Positions 19,967 through 28,599 of a stretch of DNA of 64,000 nt are shown in pieces. Both the position numbers and the translations under genes were made by a program. The notes beneath the pieces were generated by a model, which saw only the letters and a list, made by a program, of their open reading frames with translations, searched no databases and had not been told where the DNA came from. The first letter of the stretch is position 1; every line of letters begins with the position of its first letter. Location of the stretch: IMG/VR virus record IMGVR_UViG_3300048502_000142, positions 1-64,000 of that record. One strand, 5' to 3'. This stretch comes from a virus (taxonomy: Duplodnaviria; Caudoviricetes).

Positions 19967-22615
19967 CTACGCGCCACCGTTGTCCCCGTTGACGACGCAG
20001 TACGAGGCGTGGACGAGACCAGGGAAGCCGCTGTCGTAGAAGTTGGAGACGAACTGGTCGAGCACGACCATCGCCCGCTCGTTCGCCCCCTTGAGCAATA
20101 TCACCGTGCAGTAGCCCAGGACGGCGCGGCGCGTCCGCTCCACGTCCTCGTCCTTAAGCTCCGCCAGGATCGAGGCGACCTCCTTCCACCCCTTCGCGCC
20201 GATCAGGGCGCGGCACAGGTCGATCGTCTTCGCCTCGGACGACTGGAACGACGCGAGCGTCGCGTCGGGATCCGCGATCATCTGCTGGAGCATCTGAATT
20301 GCGTCCCGGCAGTGTCCGCCGGACACCTCGACGATCTTCTGGATCGACGACCGCGGGATCTGCGCACCCTCCCTAGCCGCAATCCGACCGAGCAGCTTGA
20401 GCATCTCCGGTTCGGTAAGGAGATGCACGAGGAACGCGCTACAGCGCCCGCGAAGCGTCGGCAGGAGCTTCTCCGGCTCCGTCGTGCACAAAACGTAGTA
20501 GGCGTGTGCCGGAGGGTCCTCCAGGCCCTTCAGGAACGCCTCCTGCGCGTCCTTCGTGAGCTTGTGACAATTGTGAACGGCTACACCGCCCACGAAGTAG
20601 GACGGATCGTCCTCGACTTCTAGGTCGTGGAAGATCACGTATCCGCGACGACGCTCTTGATCTCTAATAATACCGAGGAAAGATCCGTCATTACAGCCTG
20701 GTTCGTAAACCTCAATACTCTCCACCCTAACGACGCAAGCTTCGGTACCTTCTTCTCGTCTAGCGTCCTTATGCGCTTCGAATTGTGAGAAACCCCGTCG
20801 ACTTCGATCGCTATCCTCAATTCCGAGTTCGCAATATCGACCTTGTAGTTGGACGGGAACCCGGCGTCCCCCGGAGCGTGTCCGGTCGGTATCGCAACCT
20901 CCGTCCTCCATCCCAACGTGGTCGCCAGAAGTATCTGCGGCGCAGTAAGCTTCCCATTGCCACCCCTGTTCCCCGACCGGAAAGCGTCTATCGTCCCATT
21001 TATCCGCTTCGTCACTAACGCCCTCGCTACGACCTCGGGCCGCGTGAACGGATTGTTCGTCTTCATCCGATCCGACGATGCTTTGCGCAAACGACGACCG
21101 CGCTCCGTACTCGAATCTAGGACCTTCGTATGGGCCTCGGACAGCTTCCTGCGGGTATCCTCGGATCGAACGAGCCCCGTCCGTTTGCGCCCCGCTAGGA
21201 TATTCCCACACACCTTGCCACACGTCTCGCGACCGAATTTCCTGGAACCGGCGAGGTAGTTCATCTCGCTCCCGCACACCGGGCACGGACGCGTCGGATA
21301 GTCCTTCGGCGGTTTCATCTTCCGGGACGAAGTTAGCGCACATAGTGCCGAACAGAACCGCTGCCTCTTCTTCTTCGGGACGAAGCCGTTCTCGCACGTC
21401 GGACAGATAATCTCGCCCACTATACATCTCCGCATAATCTTCGGAACCTACGATACACCGACCGACAGGCAGAAGCAAATCGCCGACCGACAATGTGCCT
21501 GCCTCTATCCACCTACCGTCCGAAGTCATAAACAAGTGTTCCAACGTCGTGTAGAGCGTTTGCCCAGTCGATAGACCCAAACGAACGATACGATGAAGAA
21601 GTACTACGTTCCTAAAAGTATTCAGAACTTTCGAGGGACCTACGAGACTGTAGACTACATCGCCGGGAACTACATGCTCGATTGGGCGATCTCCCTGCGG
21701 CATACTCACTAGAGTCCCCGAGGCAAAACACTCGTCGATCAGCCACAGGCGCCGGCCGCCACCCGTCCCCTTGTAGCCGGAGTTCCGGCGGATGTCGCGG
21801 ATCGAGTCGATGCCGCGGAAGTCCGCGCTGTCGATCTCGTTGTAATCTATCTCGGCGACGCCTAGCTCCGCAGCTATGAGGCGACCGATCGTCGTCTTGC
21901 CACAATTGTGATGTACCAAACCCGCAGCCCAGTAATTATTCCATACAGGCACATGAAAATCGAAATACGGCGCGCTCCCGATGTCTTCTATCTCTATAAT
22001 CCGATCGGTTGCGGACGATACGGAGACCGACCGTGAAGATTGGCCGCCCGCGCCTTCCAACGGAGGTGGTGTATCACAAGAATAAAGATAAGTCTGACAA
22101 TCGACCGGAGAACCTACTTCTATTTCAGAATAACGGGACTCACCTTGGAGTAGAACTCCTAAATCAGACGCCTCAATGGACAAAAGAGGGACGTTCCCGA
22201 ATCCTAAACCGGCAAGTTCCTTCAATGAAAGATATTCCCCGTCCTCCGAAAGGAACCGGTGTTCGACGGAGACGCAGACGACTGATCGAGCAGTTTTTAC
22301 ACGATACAGACGGGTTGAAGGATACCGGACCGGTGGCAGCGCTTGAGCTGCCACAAATCGACCGTCCCCCATCCACGACCACACATAAAAAGGGAGCCCG
22401 ATCCTATACCTTTCGGCGACGGACCTAACCATCCCCTCAACCGGATCAAAGATCGGAGTATCTCCTCTAAGACATCCGCTCGGACCCGCCAGAAGGTAGG
22501 CGTGGGGAGGGTCGGCGACGTCCAGGGTCGCCTTTAGGGTCTTGATCGTGTCCGCGTTCTTCGCCCCCGCCACATCGGCGAACGAGGCGGGGCGGTACTT
22601 CTGGTACAGCGACAT
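19967..22615 (-). CDS. dnaX: DnaX-like clamp loader AAA+ ATPase with two inteins
   Basis: MSLYQKYRPASF, HAYLLAGPSG/CGKTT, LIDE/CHKL, AFLKGLEDPP, CTTEPEKLLPTLRGRC, GHCRDA. Confidence 0.92.
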   Translation of the reverse strand: MSLYQKYRPASFADVAGAKNADTIKTLKATLDVADPPHAYLLAGPSGCLRGDTPIFDPVEGMVRSVAERYRIGLPFYVWSWMGDGRFVAAQALPPVRYPSTRLYRVKTARSVVCVSVEHRFLSEDGEYLSLKELAGLGFGNVPLLSIEASDLGVLLQGESRYSEIEVGSPVDCQTYLYSCDTPPPLEGAGGQSSRSVSVSSATDRIIEIEDIGSAPYFDFHVPVWNNYWAAGLVHHNCGKTTIGRLIAAELGVAEIDYNEIDSADFRGIDSIRDIRRNSGYKGTGGGRRLWLIDECFASGTLVSMPQGDRPIEHVVPGDVVYSLVGPSKVLNTFRNVVLLHRIVRLGLSTGQTLYTTLEHLFMTSDGRWIEAGTLSVGDLLLPVGRCIVGSEDYAEMYSGRDYLSDVRERLRPEEEEAAVLFGTMCANFVPEDETAEGLSDASVPGVRERDELPRRFQEIRSRDVWQGVWEYPSGAQTDGARSIRGYPQEAVRGPYEGPRFEYGARSSFAQSIVGSDEDEQSVHAARGRSEGVSDEADKWDDRRFPVGEQGWQWEAYCAADTSGDHVGMEDGGCDTDRTRSGGRRVPVQLQGRYCELGIEDSDRSRRGFSQFEAHKDARREEGTEACVVRVESIEVYEPGCNDGSFLGIIRDQERRRGYVIFHDLEVEDDPSYFVGGVAVHNCHKLTKDAQEAFLKGLEDPPAHAYYVLCTTEPEKLLPTLRGRCSAFLVHLLTEPEMLKLLGRIAAREGAQIPRSSIQKIVEVSGGHCRDAIQMLQQMIADPDATLASFQSSEAKTIDLCRALIGAKGWKEVASILAELKDEDVERTRRAVLGYCTVILLKGANERAMVVLDQFVSNFYDSGFPGLVHASYCVVNGDNGGA
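20570..21730 (-). mobile_element. Intein 2 in the DnaX Walker B motif (387 aa)
   Basis: LIDE|CFASGT...TTLEHLF...FHDLEVEDDPSYFVGGVAVHN|CHKL. Confidence 0.92.
20635..21420 (-). CDS. Zn-finger + Vsr/DUF559-type endonuclease encoded out of frame inside intein 2
   Basis: CPTC...FCSALC, CPVC...TCGKVC, SEDTRRKLSEA (NUMOD3-like), YKVDIA...IAIEVDGVSH...D..K...L..LGWRVLRFTN; GGAGA RBS before GTG 21420. Confidence 0.85.
   Translation of the reverse strand: MGEIICPTCENGFVPKKKRQRFCSALCALTSSRKMKPPKDYPTRPCPVCGSEMNYLAGSRKFGRETCGKVCGNILAGRKRTGLVRSEDTRRKLSEAHTKVLDSSTERGRRLRKASSDRMKTNNPFTRPEVVARALVTKRINGTIDAFRSGNRGGNGKLTAPQILLATTLGWRTEVAIPTGHAPGDAGFPSNYKVDIANSELRIAIEVDGVSHNSKRIRTLDEKKVPKLASLGWRVLRFTNQAVMTDLSSVLLEIKSVVADT
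21905..22474 (-). mobile_element. Intein 1 in the DnaX Walker A motif (190 aa)
   Basis: GPSG|CLRGDT...VSVEHRF...YFDFHVPVWNNYWAAGLVHHN|CGKTT. Confidence 0.9.
22009..22428 (+). pseudogene. HNH endonuclease remnant, antisense inside DnaX intein 1
   Basis: KIGRPRLPTEVVYHKNKDKSDNRPENLLLFQNNGTH matches the HNH_3 pattern; N-terminal part missing. Confidence 0.7.
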
Positions 22616-23604
22616 TACTCGACCTCTTCGTCGGAAAAGAGCTTGTTCGACCGGGCGCGAGGACCGTCCCTGGCGATCTTCTCGGCCTCCTTCAAATTTA
22701 GGACGGCCTGCCGGAAGTAGCTGCGTTTTAGCTCGAACCCTACGGCGCGGCGCCCGTTTATCACCGCCCCGTACGCCTCGGACCCGACGCCAAGAAACGG
22801 CGTCAGTACCGTCTCCCCAGGATTGCTCCAGAGGACGACACCACGATCGATCACGTCGAGCTGCAACGGGTGTACGTGCTTCTCGTCGTCCTCCTCCCGC
22901 GCCACCTTGAAGGGGAGCACCCGGTCGAGGCGCACGTCGTCCCAGAACGCATCGGCGTACTGTCGCCAGATCCAGTGCGAGTATTGGTTCTGCTTCTGGT
23001 CGCCGGAGAAGCCGCGGAAGCGCCGGAGGTGGTGGGGGATCTCGCGCTCTCCCGCGTATTCGAGCAGGCCGTTCGGGTGCTGGACGGGTACCGGGTTGTC
23101 GCCGGAGCGACGAAATATCAGCAGGTAGTCGGCGGAGGCCATCGAGCACCGGGACGCGTCCTCGACGATCGTCTGGTGCATTAGCCCCTTCTGCATCGTC
23201 CTATTGCGGACGCCGAGAGGCTCCTTCCACACGTGGTAGCGACCGACGTACGCCCACCCGAGGTCGCGGTGCAGCCGGATGACGTCCCCCGGGAAGTCCG
23301 TTAGCGCGTCGCAGCCGGTGTTGCCAGTCGGGACGTCCGCGCAGTGCACGAGGCTCATCCGGCCGGGCATCGTTACCCTATGCTTCTCCCGCACCACGAA
23401 CCCGTAGTGCTGCATGAACTCGTCGTAGTTCAGGCAGTTCGACAGGTCGCTCGGCGACGAGCTGTACTGGTAGAGCCCGGCAAAGGGCGGAGAGTAGACC
23501 GACAGGTGGACCGACGCGTCGGGTAGTCCCTTCATTCCCTCGACGCAGTCCCCGCAGTAGAGCGCGTAGCTGTCCTTCAAAACCTGATCCTTCACCTGAG
23601 CCAC
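22615..23604 (-). CDS. Amino (m4C/m6A) DNA methyltransferase, beta class
   Basis: GDC, SVYSPPF (motif IV), HVHPLQL, VLTPFLGVGSE (motif I), GFELK. Confidence 0.88.
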   Translation of the reverse strand: MAQVKDQVLKDSYALYCGDCVEGMKGLPDASVHLSVYSPPFAGLYQYSSSPSDLSNCLNYDEFMQHYGFVVREKHRVTMPGRMSLVHCADVPTGNTGCDALTDFPGDVIRLHRDLGWAYVGRYHVWKEPLGVRNRTMQKGLMHQTIVEDASRCSMASADYLLIFRRSGDNPVPVQHPNGLLEYAGEREIPHHLRRFRGFSGDQKQNQYSHWIWRQYADAFWDDVRLDRVLPFKVAREEDDEKHVHPLQLDVIDRGVVLWSNPGETVLTPFLGVGSEAYGAVINGRRAVGFELKRSYFRQAVLNLKEAEKIARDGPRARSNKLFSDEEVE

Positions 23605-24980
23605 GACACCGCCTCCATCGTCTTGAGTACCTCGCGCTCGCGAACGTCCTTCGACCGGTACATGCGCTCAATGAGGCGCTCGAACATCTCGTCCGCCTGA
23701 CGCCCCTTGCGCCGGAGGTTCGCGACCACGCCGTCTAGTCCGTCCGCGCCGACGACGTCTACCGTGACCGGACTCCTCTGCCCGAACCGCCAGCAGCGGC
23801 GAACGCCCTGGTAGTATTGCTCGAATGAGTGGGAGACCATGAAGCCCACGTGCGCGCACCGCTGGAAGTTCATTCCCCAGGCGCCGATCTTGGGCTTCGA
23901 AACGAGACGCTTGACCTGCCCCTCGGAGAAGGCCAGGAAGACTTCCTCCTTCCGCTCGTCCGGATCGGCCCCGCTCACCTGCACCGCGTCGGGGATCAGC
24001 TCCGTTAGGAGATCTCCCTCGGCGTTAAGATTGCACCACACGAGGGACATCGGGTGTGCGGCCGACAGCTCGGCGAGCTTCTCGCAGCGCTCCCGCAGCG
24101 TCCTCCTACCCACCTCGCGCTGCGCAGACAAGCCGTCTGCCAGGGGATCGAATAGACGCCCGGGGAGCGTCCTGCGTGCATCCACAATGTGCGTGTGCTC
24201 TTCGAGCCCCGGGAGGAGAAAGGGGCCGTCGTCGAAGCCCAGGTCGGAGGGTTTGCGCACAGCTCGCGCCCAGGAACTCACCCATCGCCAGAACGGCTCC
24301 TCAGCGTGCCCCTTTAGTCGAAACTTAACGTTCTCTCCCCAGCCGCGGCGGGCGGCCGATCCCCTGCCGTCGTCGGCGGCGAAGAACCGGCCGAGGACGT
24401 CTACATAGCCGAGTTCGCCGAGCGCCTCACTGTGCGTCCCCAGCTCGACGTAGTCGTTCGGCGCGCTCGTCGCGGTGCAGAGCAGCCGATAGCGCATCTT
24501 CGACAGGAAGCGTGTAACCTCGACGCTCCGCACGCCGTCGAACGACTTCAGGCACGAACTCTCGTCACAGACGACGCCGACGAAATCGGTGGCCTCGAAC
24601 TTGTCCAGCATCTCGTAGTTCGCCACGACGATGCCCGACTTCGGAAGGTTTCGCCCGTCGCGGGACCGAACGCACCCGATCCCGAACTTCTCGCCCTCGC
24701 GCACGGTCTGCGCAGAGACCGCCAACGGCGTCAGGACGAGCACCCTGCCGCCCGTGTGCTCGACGACGTTCTGCGCCCACGCTAGCTGCATGAGCGACTT
24801 CCCGAGGCCGCACTCAGCGAGGATCGCACCCCGCGCCCGCCGCTGCGCCCACTCGATAAGGGAGCCCTGGAAGTCGAACGCCTCGGCTGGGATGAACGTA
24901 GGTGCGAACCCGTCGCCGTCCGCGACGTGCTCCTTCCGGTAAAGGAAGGTCCGGTAGTCGTCTACGCTGCCAGCGGCCAC
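23592..24980 (-). CDS. SNF2-like superfamily 2 helicase coupled to the methyltransferase
   Basis: CGLGKS, VCDESS, TATSAPND, GMNFQ, QGVRRCWRFGQ. Confidence 0.88.
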   Translation of the reverse strand: MAAGSVDDYRTFLYRKEHVADGDGFAPTFIPAEAFDFQGSLIEWAQRRARGAILAECGLGKSLMQLAWAQNVVEHTGGRVLVLTPLAVSAQTVREGEKFGIGCVRSRDGRNLPKSGIVVANYEMLDKFEATDFVGVVCDESSCLKSFDGVRSVEVTRFLSKMRYRLLCTATSAPNDYVELGTHSEALGELGYVDVLGRFFAADDGRGSAARRGWGENVKFRLKGHAEEPFWRWVSSWARAVRKPSDLGFDDGPFLLPGLEEHTHIVDARRTLPGRLFDPLADGLSAQREVGRRTLRERCEKLAELSAAHPMSLVWCNLNAEGDLLTELIPDAVQVSGADPDERKEEVFLAFSEGQVKRLVSKPKIGAWGMNFQRCAHVGFMVSHSFEQYYQGVRRCWRFGQRSPVTVDVVGADGLDGVVANLRRKGRQADEMFERLIERMYRSKDVREREVLKTMEAVSWLR

Positions 24981-26848
24981 TTTACCTCCTCCGTGTCCGA
25001 CCAGTCGCCGTCCACCTTCGTCGTCTTGATCTCGATGTTCATCGGCACGTCGATCCAACTCCACTGCTCCAGCAGCCACTCGCTGCACAGGTAGTGGCAC
25101 AACTTCACCAGGTCCTCGAACTCGTCGGGGTGGTAGTCGATCAGCGTGCTGTCGTGGATCTCCCCGATGATCTTGCTCTTCCACCCGCGGATGCGGCGCT
25201 CAAGCTCGACGAGCACCTTCAGAAGGCAGTGGAACGCGGCGCCCTGGACAGGGTAGTTGATTACCTGGTTCCGCTGCATGTAGCCGGAGCAGACGAAGCC
25301 CGTCTTCATCTCGAACCGGCCGTTCCTCTGGTACTCCTCGTGCCACTTCTTCCGCCACCGATTGTAGACCTTGAACCGGTTGTTCCAGAAGTCGTCCTCG
25401 ATCCTCTTCATGTGTTGCGCGAAGTCTTCGAGGGACGACATGCCGTTCTCTAGCATTATACGTCCGATCGGCTCCCCCCGGAAGTTCAGGCCGTCCGTCG
25501 CCTTCCACCGGCCCGAGCGTGGCATCTTGCACCACGTGAAGGCGATGTTAAACGCGCAGCTCTCGTACCAGTCGCCGTAGAACTGCGGGAAGACGAAGCC
25601 GTTCTTCGCGCTCTGCCGGAGGATCTCGCTGAAGTTGTCGCCCTTCTGCGGCTGGTAGCTCTCCGGCAGCCAGAAGATCTGCCGGGCCATGTCGCCGTGC
25701 ATGTTCGACTTCGGATTGAGCAGGTACTCCCGCATCCGCGGGTCCTTGTGGTAGCAGCAGGCGACGGAGACCTCGATCCCCTTGAAGTCGATCTCCATGA
25801 TCGCGTGCCCCAGACGCGGAACGATCGCCCGCCGGCACAGAAACATAGACTCCGGGTCCCGCGAGGGCACGTTCTGCATGTTCGGGTCGGACGAAGAATT
25901 GTGGACGCAGATCTCGTTAGCGATAAAATTGTGGCAGTCCTCGACCTCGATGTCGTAGACGTCGACCGCCTCGTCCAACCATTCGACGCGAGTTATCATG
26001 TGATTTCCAGGGATACCCCCGCGCCCGTAGGGATTGCGGACTGGGCCGGGCGACACAAACGGGACACCGCGCTTGCCGAGCATCCTCTGCGCCTCCTCGT
26101 ACGTCCCGTCAACTAGGCGAATTAAGTGCTCCGGCGTAACATCTAGATGCCCGCTTCCGTGATTTCCCCTCTCCGACCAGTGAAGTCTAACGACCTTGCG
26201 GTGCCCGGTCTTGCCGGTCCACAGAACCTTCTTTAGCGCCGGCCGCAGGGCGTCGTCGAAGCAGTAGACGTAGTCACCGACCCGGACGTCCTCGATCGGC
26301 ACCCCATCGGGATGCGTGAGGAAGTCCCGAGCAACTAAAACCTTCGACCCTTTCGCGACGCAGCTCCGATACGTCTGGACTGTATGCAGCGAGAAGGACG
26401 GGTGGAGGAAGCCATCGACCTGATAGCGGTCGAAGCCGATCAGGACGTTCTTTACCTTATTCAGACGCCGCAGCCGCAGCAGGTCGACGACGCCGTCTAC
26501 CTCGACCTGGCGGAGGGACTCCTCGTCCGTCCCCTCCTCGTCGCTCTCCGTCATCTTGAACGGCTTGACCTTCAAATCGTCGTAGAGCACGGCCCGGAGC
26601 TGATGCGGGCTGTTCCAGTTCGTCTTGCCCTCGAACCGCCTCTGCCAGACCGTCCCGAGTTCCTTCCTCTCTAGGCGGCGCCGGCTCTGCTCGATCTTGC
26701 CGTCGAGCCACTCAAGCTTCTCCCGGACGTACTCGACATCGACCCGCATCCCCGCGCGCTCGATCGCGGCGAGCGCCTCGGAGCCCGCCTGAAACAGCCG
26801 GTAGGCGTCGACCCGGCTCAGGCGCGAGTTCGATCCCAGGTCAGACAC
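24962..26848 (-). CDS. Family A DNA polymerase, polymerase domain only, with mini-intein
   Basis: IERAGMRVD, NWNSPHQL, TYRS/SSSDPNMQNVP, DFKGIEV (A), RQSAKNGFVFPQFYG (B), NYPVQG, EIHDS (C). Confidence 0.93.
   Translation of the reverse strand: MSDLGSNSRLSRVDAYRLFQAGSEALAAIERAGMRVDVEYVREKLEWLDGKIEQSRRRLERKELGTVWQRRFEGKTNWNSPHQLRAVLYDDLKVKPFKMTESDEEGTDEESLRQVEVDGVVDLLRLRRLNKVKNVLIGFDRYQVDGFLHPSFSLHTVQTYRSCVAKGSKVLVARDFLTHPDGVPIEDVRVGDYVYCFDDALRPALKKVLWTGKTGHRKVVRLHWSERGNHGSGHLDVTPEHLIRLVDGTYEEAQRMLGKRGVPFVSPGPVRNPYGRGGIPGNHMITRVEWLDEAVDVYDIEVEDCHNFIANEICVHNSSSDPNMQNVPSRDPESMFLCRRAIVPRLGHAIMEIDFKGIEVSVACCYHKDPRMREYLLNPKSNMHGDMARQIFWLPESYQPQKGDNFSEILRQSAKNGFVFPQFYGDWYESCAFNIAFTWCKMPRSGRWKATDGLNFRGEPIGRIMLENGMSSLEDFAQHMKRIEDDFWNNRFKVYNRWRKKWHEEYQRNGRFEMKTGFVCSGYMQRNQVINYPVQGAAFHCLLKVLVELERRIRGWKSKIIGEIHDSTLIDYHPDEFEDLVKLCHYLCSEWLLEQWSWIDVPMNIEIKTTKVDGDWSDTEEVKWPLAA
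25898..26362 (-). mobile_element. Mini-intein in DNA polymerase (155 aa)
   Basis: TYRS|CVAKGS...VTPEHLI...VYDIEVEDCHNFIANEICVHN|SSSDPN. Confidence 0.92.
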
Positions 26849-27749
26849 CGCGCGCCTCCATGTAGGCCGTCACGAACTCGGCTCCGACCTGCGGGACGAT
26901 GGCGTTACCGATGGCACGCAGTCGAGCCACGCGGCCGGGTACCCCATCAGCCATAGGGAAAATTCCGGATTTAACGCGGCGCCTTCCGTCGGCGCATTCG
27001 ACCCACCCGGCATCTTCCCAAGGCGTACGGCTTCCCCCAGGCACATCCCCGGATGAGCGTTTGGCGCTCGCCTCTCCCTCTTCGAATCCGTCGCCATGGG
27101 CGTCGGCCAGCCCCGGACGACCCTCTGCACGGCGACCGCCAGGGAGCCGTTCCCCATCCCCTTCTCCGGATTGCGGGCGCGGGACCGCTCCTTCCGCGCC
27201 TTGAACTTCTCCAGGTCGTCCGACGCCTGCTGCGTCGGGGTAGGCCACCCAATAGAGGCGCTGCCGAATGTGCGGCGCGCCGACGCCCGCAGCGCACAGA
27301 TCTGCGGCCCCGCAGGCATAGTCCACCGCCTCCAGGTCAGCGCGTACTCCGGCGAGCCACTCGCGTCCATCCGCGCTCGCAACCTGCTCTCCAAAGACCG
27401 TTGCAGGATGGCACTCGGCGACGAGCCGAAAGAGAGCGGGCCAAAGGTGTCTCTCGTCGGCATGTCCGCGCCGCTTGCCAGCGCCCGAAAGCGGCTGACA
27501 GGGACAGGAGGCGGTCCAGACGGGCTCACCGTCTGGCCACCGGGCGAGGCGGAGGGCGAGGGACCAGCCGAGAATGCCGGCGAAGAAGTGGCACTGCCGG
27601 AATCCCCGGACGTCCTCCGGTCTAACTTCCTTGATCGAGCAGCAATCGACCTCTCCGTCGGGGACGAGTCCAGCTCGAACAAGATTCCGCGCCCACTCGC
27701 AGACGAACGGGTCGTTGTCATTGTAGTAGGCCCACCTCTCGTTAGACAC
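26841..27749 (-). CDS. C5-cytosine DNA methyltransferase (alpha polypeptide)
   Basis: HFFAGILG (I), SCPCQPLS (IV), GEQV (VI), PHIRQRLY (VIII), LRAIGNAIVP (X); motif IX absent in this frame. Confidence 0.9.
   Translation of the reverse strand: MSNERWAYYNDNDPFVCEWARNLVRAGLVPDGEVDCCSIKEVRPEDVRGFRQCHFFAGILGWSLALRLARWPDGEPVWTASCPCQPLSGAGKRRGHADERHLWPALFRLVAECHPATVFGEQVASADGREWLAGVRADLEAVDYACGAADLCAAGVGAPHIRQRLYWVAYPDAAGVGRPGEVQGAEGAVPRPQSGEGDGERLPGGRRAEGRPGLADAHGDGFEEGEASAKRSSGDVPGGSRTPWEDAGWVECADGRRRVKSGIFPMADGVPGRVARLRAIGNAIVPQVGAEFVTAYMEARGV
26870..27463 (-). CDS. Nested out-of-frame methyltransferase beta polypeptide (start uncertain)
   Basis: Two WPTP repeats and LNPEFSLWLMGYPAAW (motif IX-like) in an alternative frame. 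Confidence 0.7.
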   Translation of the reverse strand: MPTRDTFGPLSFGSSPSAILQRSLESRLRARMDASGSPEYALTWRRWTMPAGPQICALRASARRTFGSASIGWPTPTQQASDDLEKFKARKERSRARNPEKGMGNGSLAVAVQRVVRGWPTPMATDSKRERRAPNAHPGMCLGEAVRLGKMPGGSNAPTEGAALNPEFSLWLMGYPAAWLDCVPSVTPSSRRSEPSS

Positions 27750-28599
27750 CGCACATGCCCTCGCACTCGTTCCCGAATAGCGAGGGACGGTCGTCCTCGA
27801 CGCCCGGCGAGAGGTCGACGACCTCTAGCGGGACGCACGACCTGTGGAGATATAACTGTCCCTTCGTACGGTACTCCCCCGGTGGACGGTCGCGGAGGCG
27901 TCGATCAACCGCGACGGCCCTAGCGAACTCCTCCGGCGCGAGCGATGCCCACTCGGCGTCGCTGTGGAAGGGACAGAAAACACATGCCGACTTCTGCGGA
28001 CGCGGATAAGCGTTCTCCTTTATCCACCTCAAACAATCCCCACGAGACATCCCTAGCGCAATCAATGGCCATCGACTCTCCCACCACGCCTCGCGAGACG
28101 GCTTCATCCGCTGCGCCTCATCTGCGGATATGCCAATCCATTGTGAGCAGATCGGAGACGTCGGGGACCGCTTCCCGACTATACCTAGCAGCTCGCGCAC
28201 CCGGCGTCGGATAGGGACGATCTTAAAGTCACGCGTACAGGACCGGTTAATTATCGCCACGCGCCCGTCGTCGTTCCTTACGAACGCGGGAATATCAACC
28301 CTCAGGAACTTCCCTATAGGCCGCTCGGAGGCGACGAGACCCTCCAGGTTCCCGGCCGTAACGTCGTAGACTGGGAAGGGAAGGACGGTCCGCAACCACT
28401 CTAGGTGCCGGTAGACGTGCGCCGGCTCCGCCTGCGTATCGGCGAAGATCGCACAGTCTGGCATCGGCAAGATCAACCCTGCGGCAGCCATCAGCGCCAT
28501 CGTCGTAGACTGCACACCCGCCCCAAGCGATAGGATGTTTAGGCGCAGGGCTCTAGCGACCTTCCTCGCCCGGGCCTGGTCGACCGCTGCGTTGCTCAT
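27742..28599 (-). CDS. PAPS reductase-like (PP-loop) protein
   Basis: LSLGAGVQST, IFADTQAEP, RSCTRDFKI.PI, WIGISADE, KSACVFCPF, ECEGMCGV. Confidence 0.8.
   Translation of the reverse strand: MSNAAVDQARARKVARALRLNILSLGAGVQSTTMALMAAAGLILPMPDCAIFADTQAEPAHVYRHLEWLRTVLPFPVYDVTAGNLEGLVASERPIGKFLRVDIPAFVRNDDGRVAIINRSCTRDFKIVPIRRRVRELLGIVGKRSPTSPICSQWIGISADEAQRMKPSREAWWESRWPLIALGMSRGDCLRWIKENAYPRPQKSACVFCPFHSDAEWASLAPEEFARAVAVDRRLRDRPPGEYRTKGQLYLHRSCVPLEVVDLSPGVEDDRPSLFGNECEGMCGV

Noticed and set aside
18008-20623. Long antisense ORFs (871 aa here; also 37811-39775, 16654-17949, 12522-13730, 6220-7305)
   Set aside because: Shadow ORFs of high-GC3 genes with no motifs, unlike the nested intein and methyltransferase ORFs, which carry family signatures
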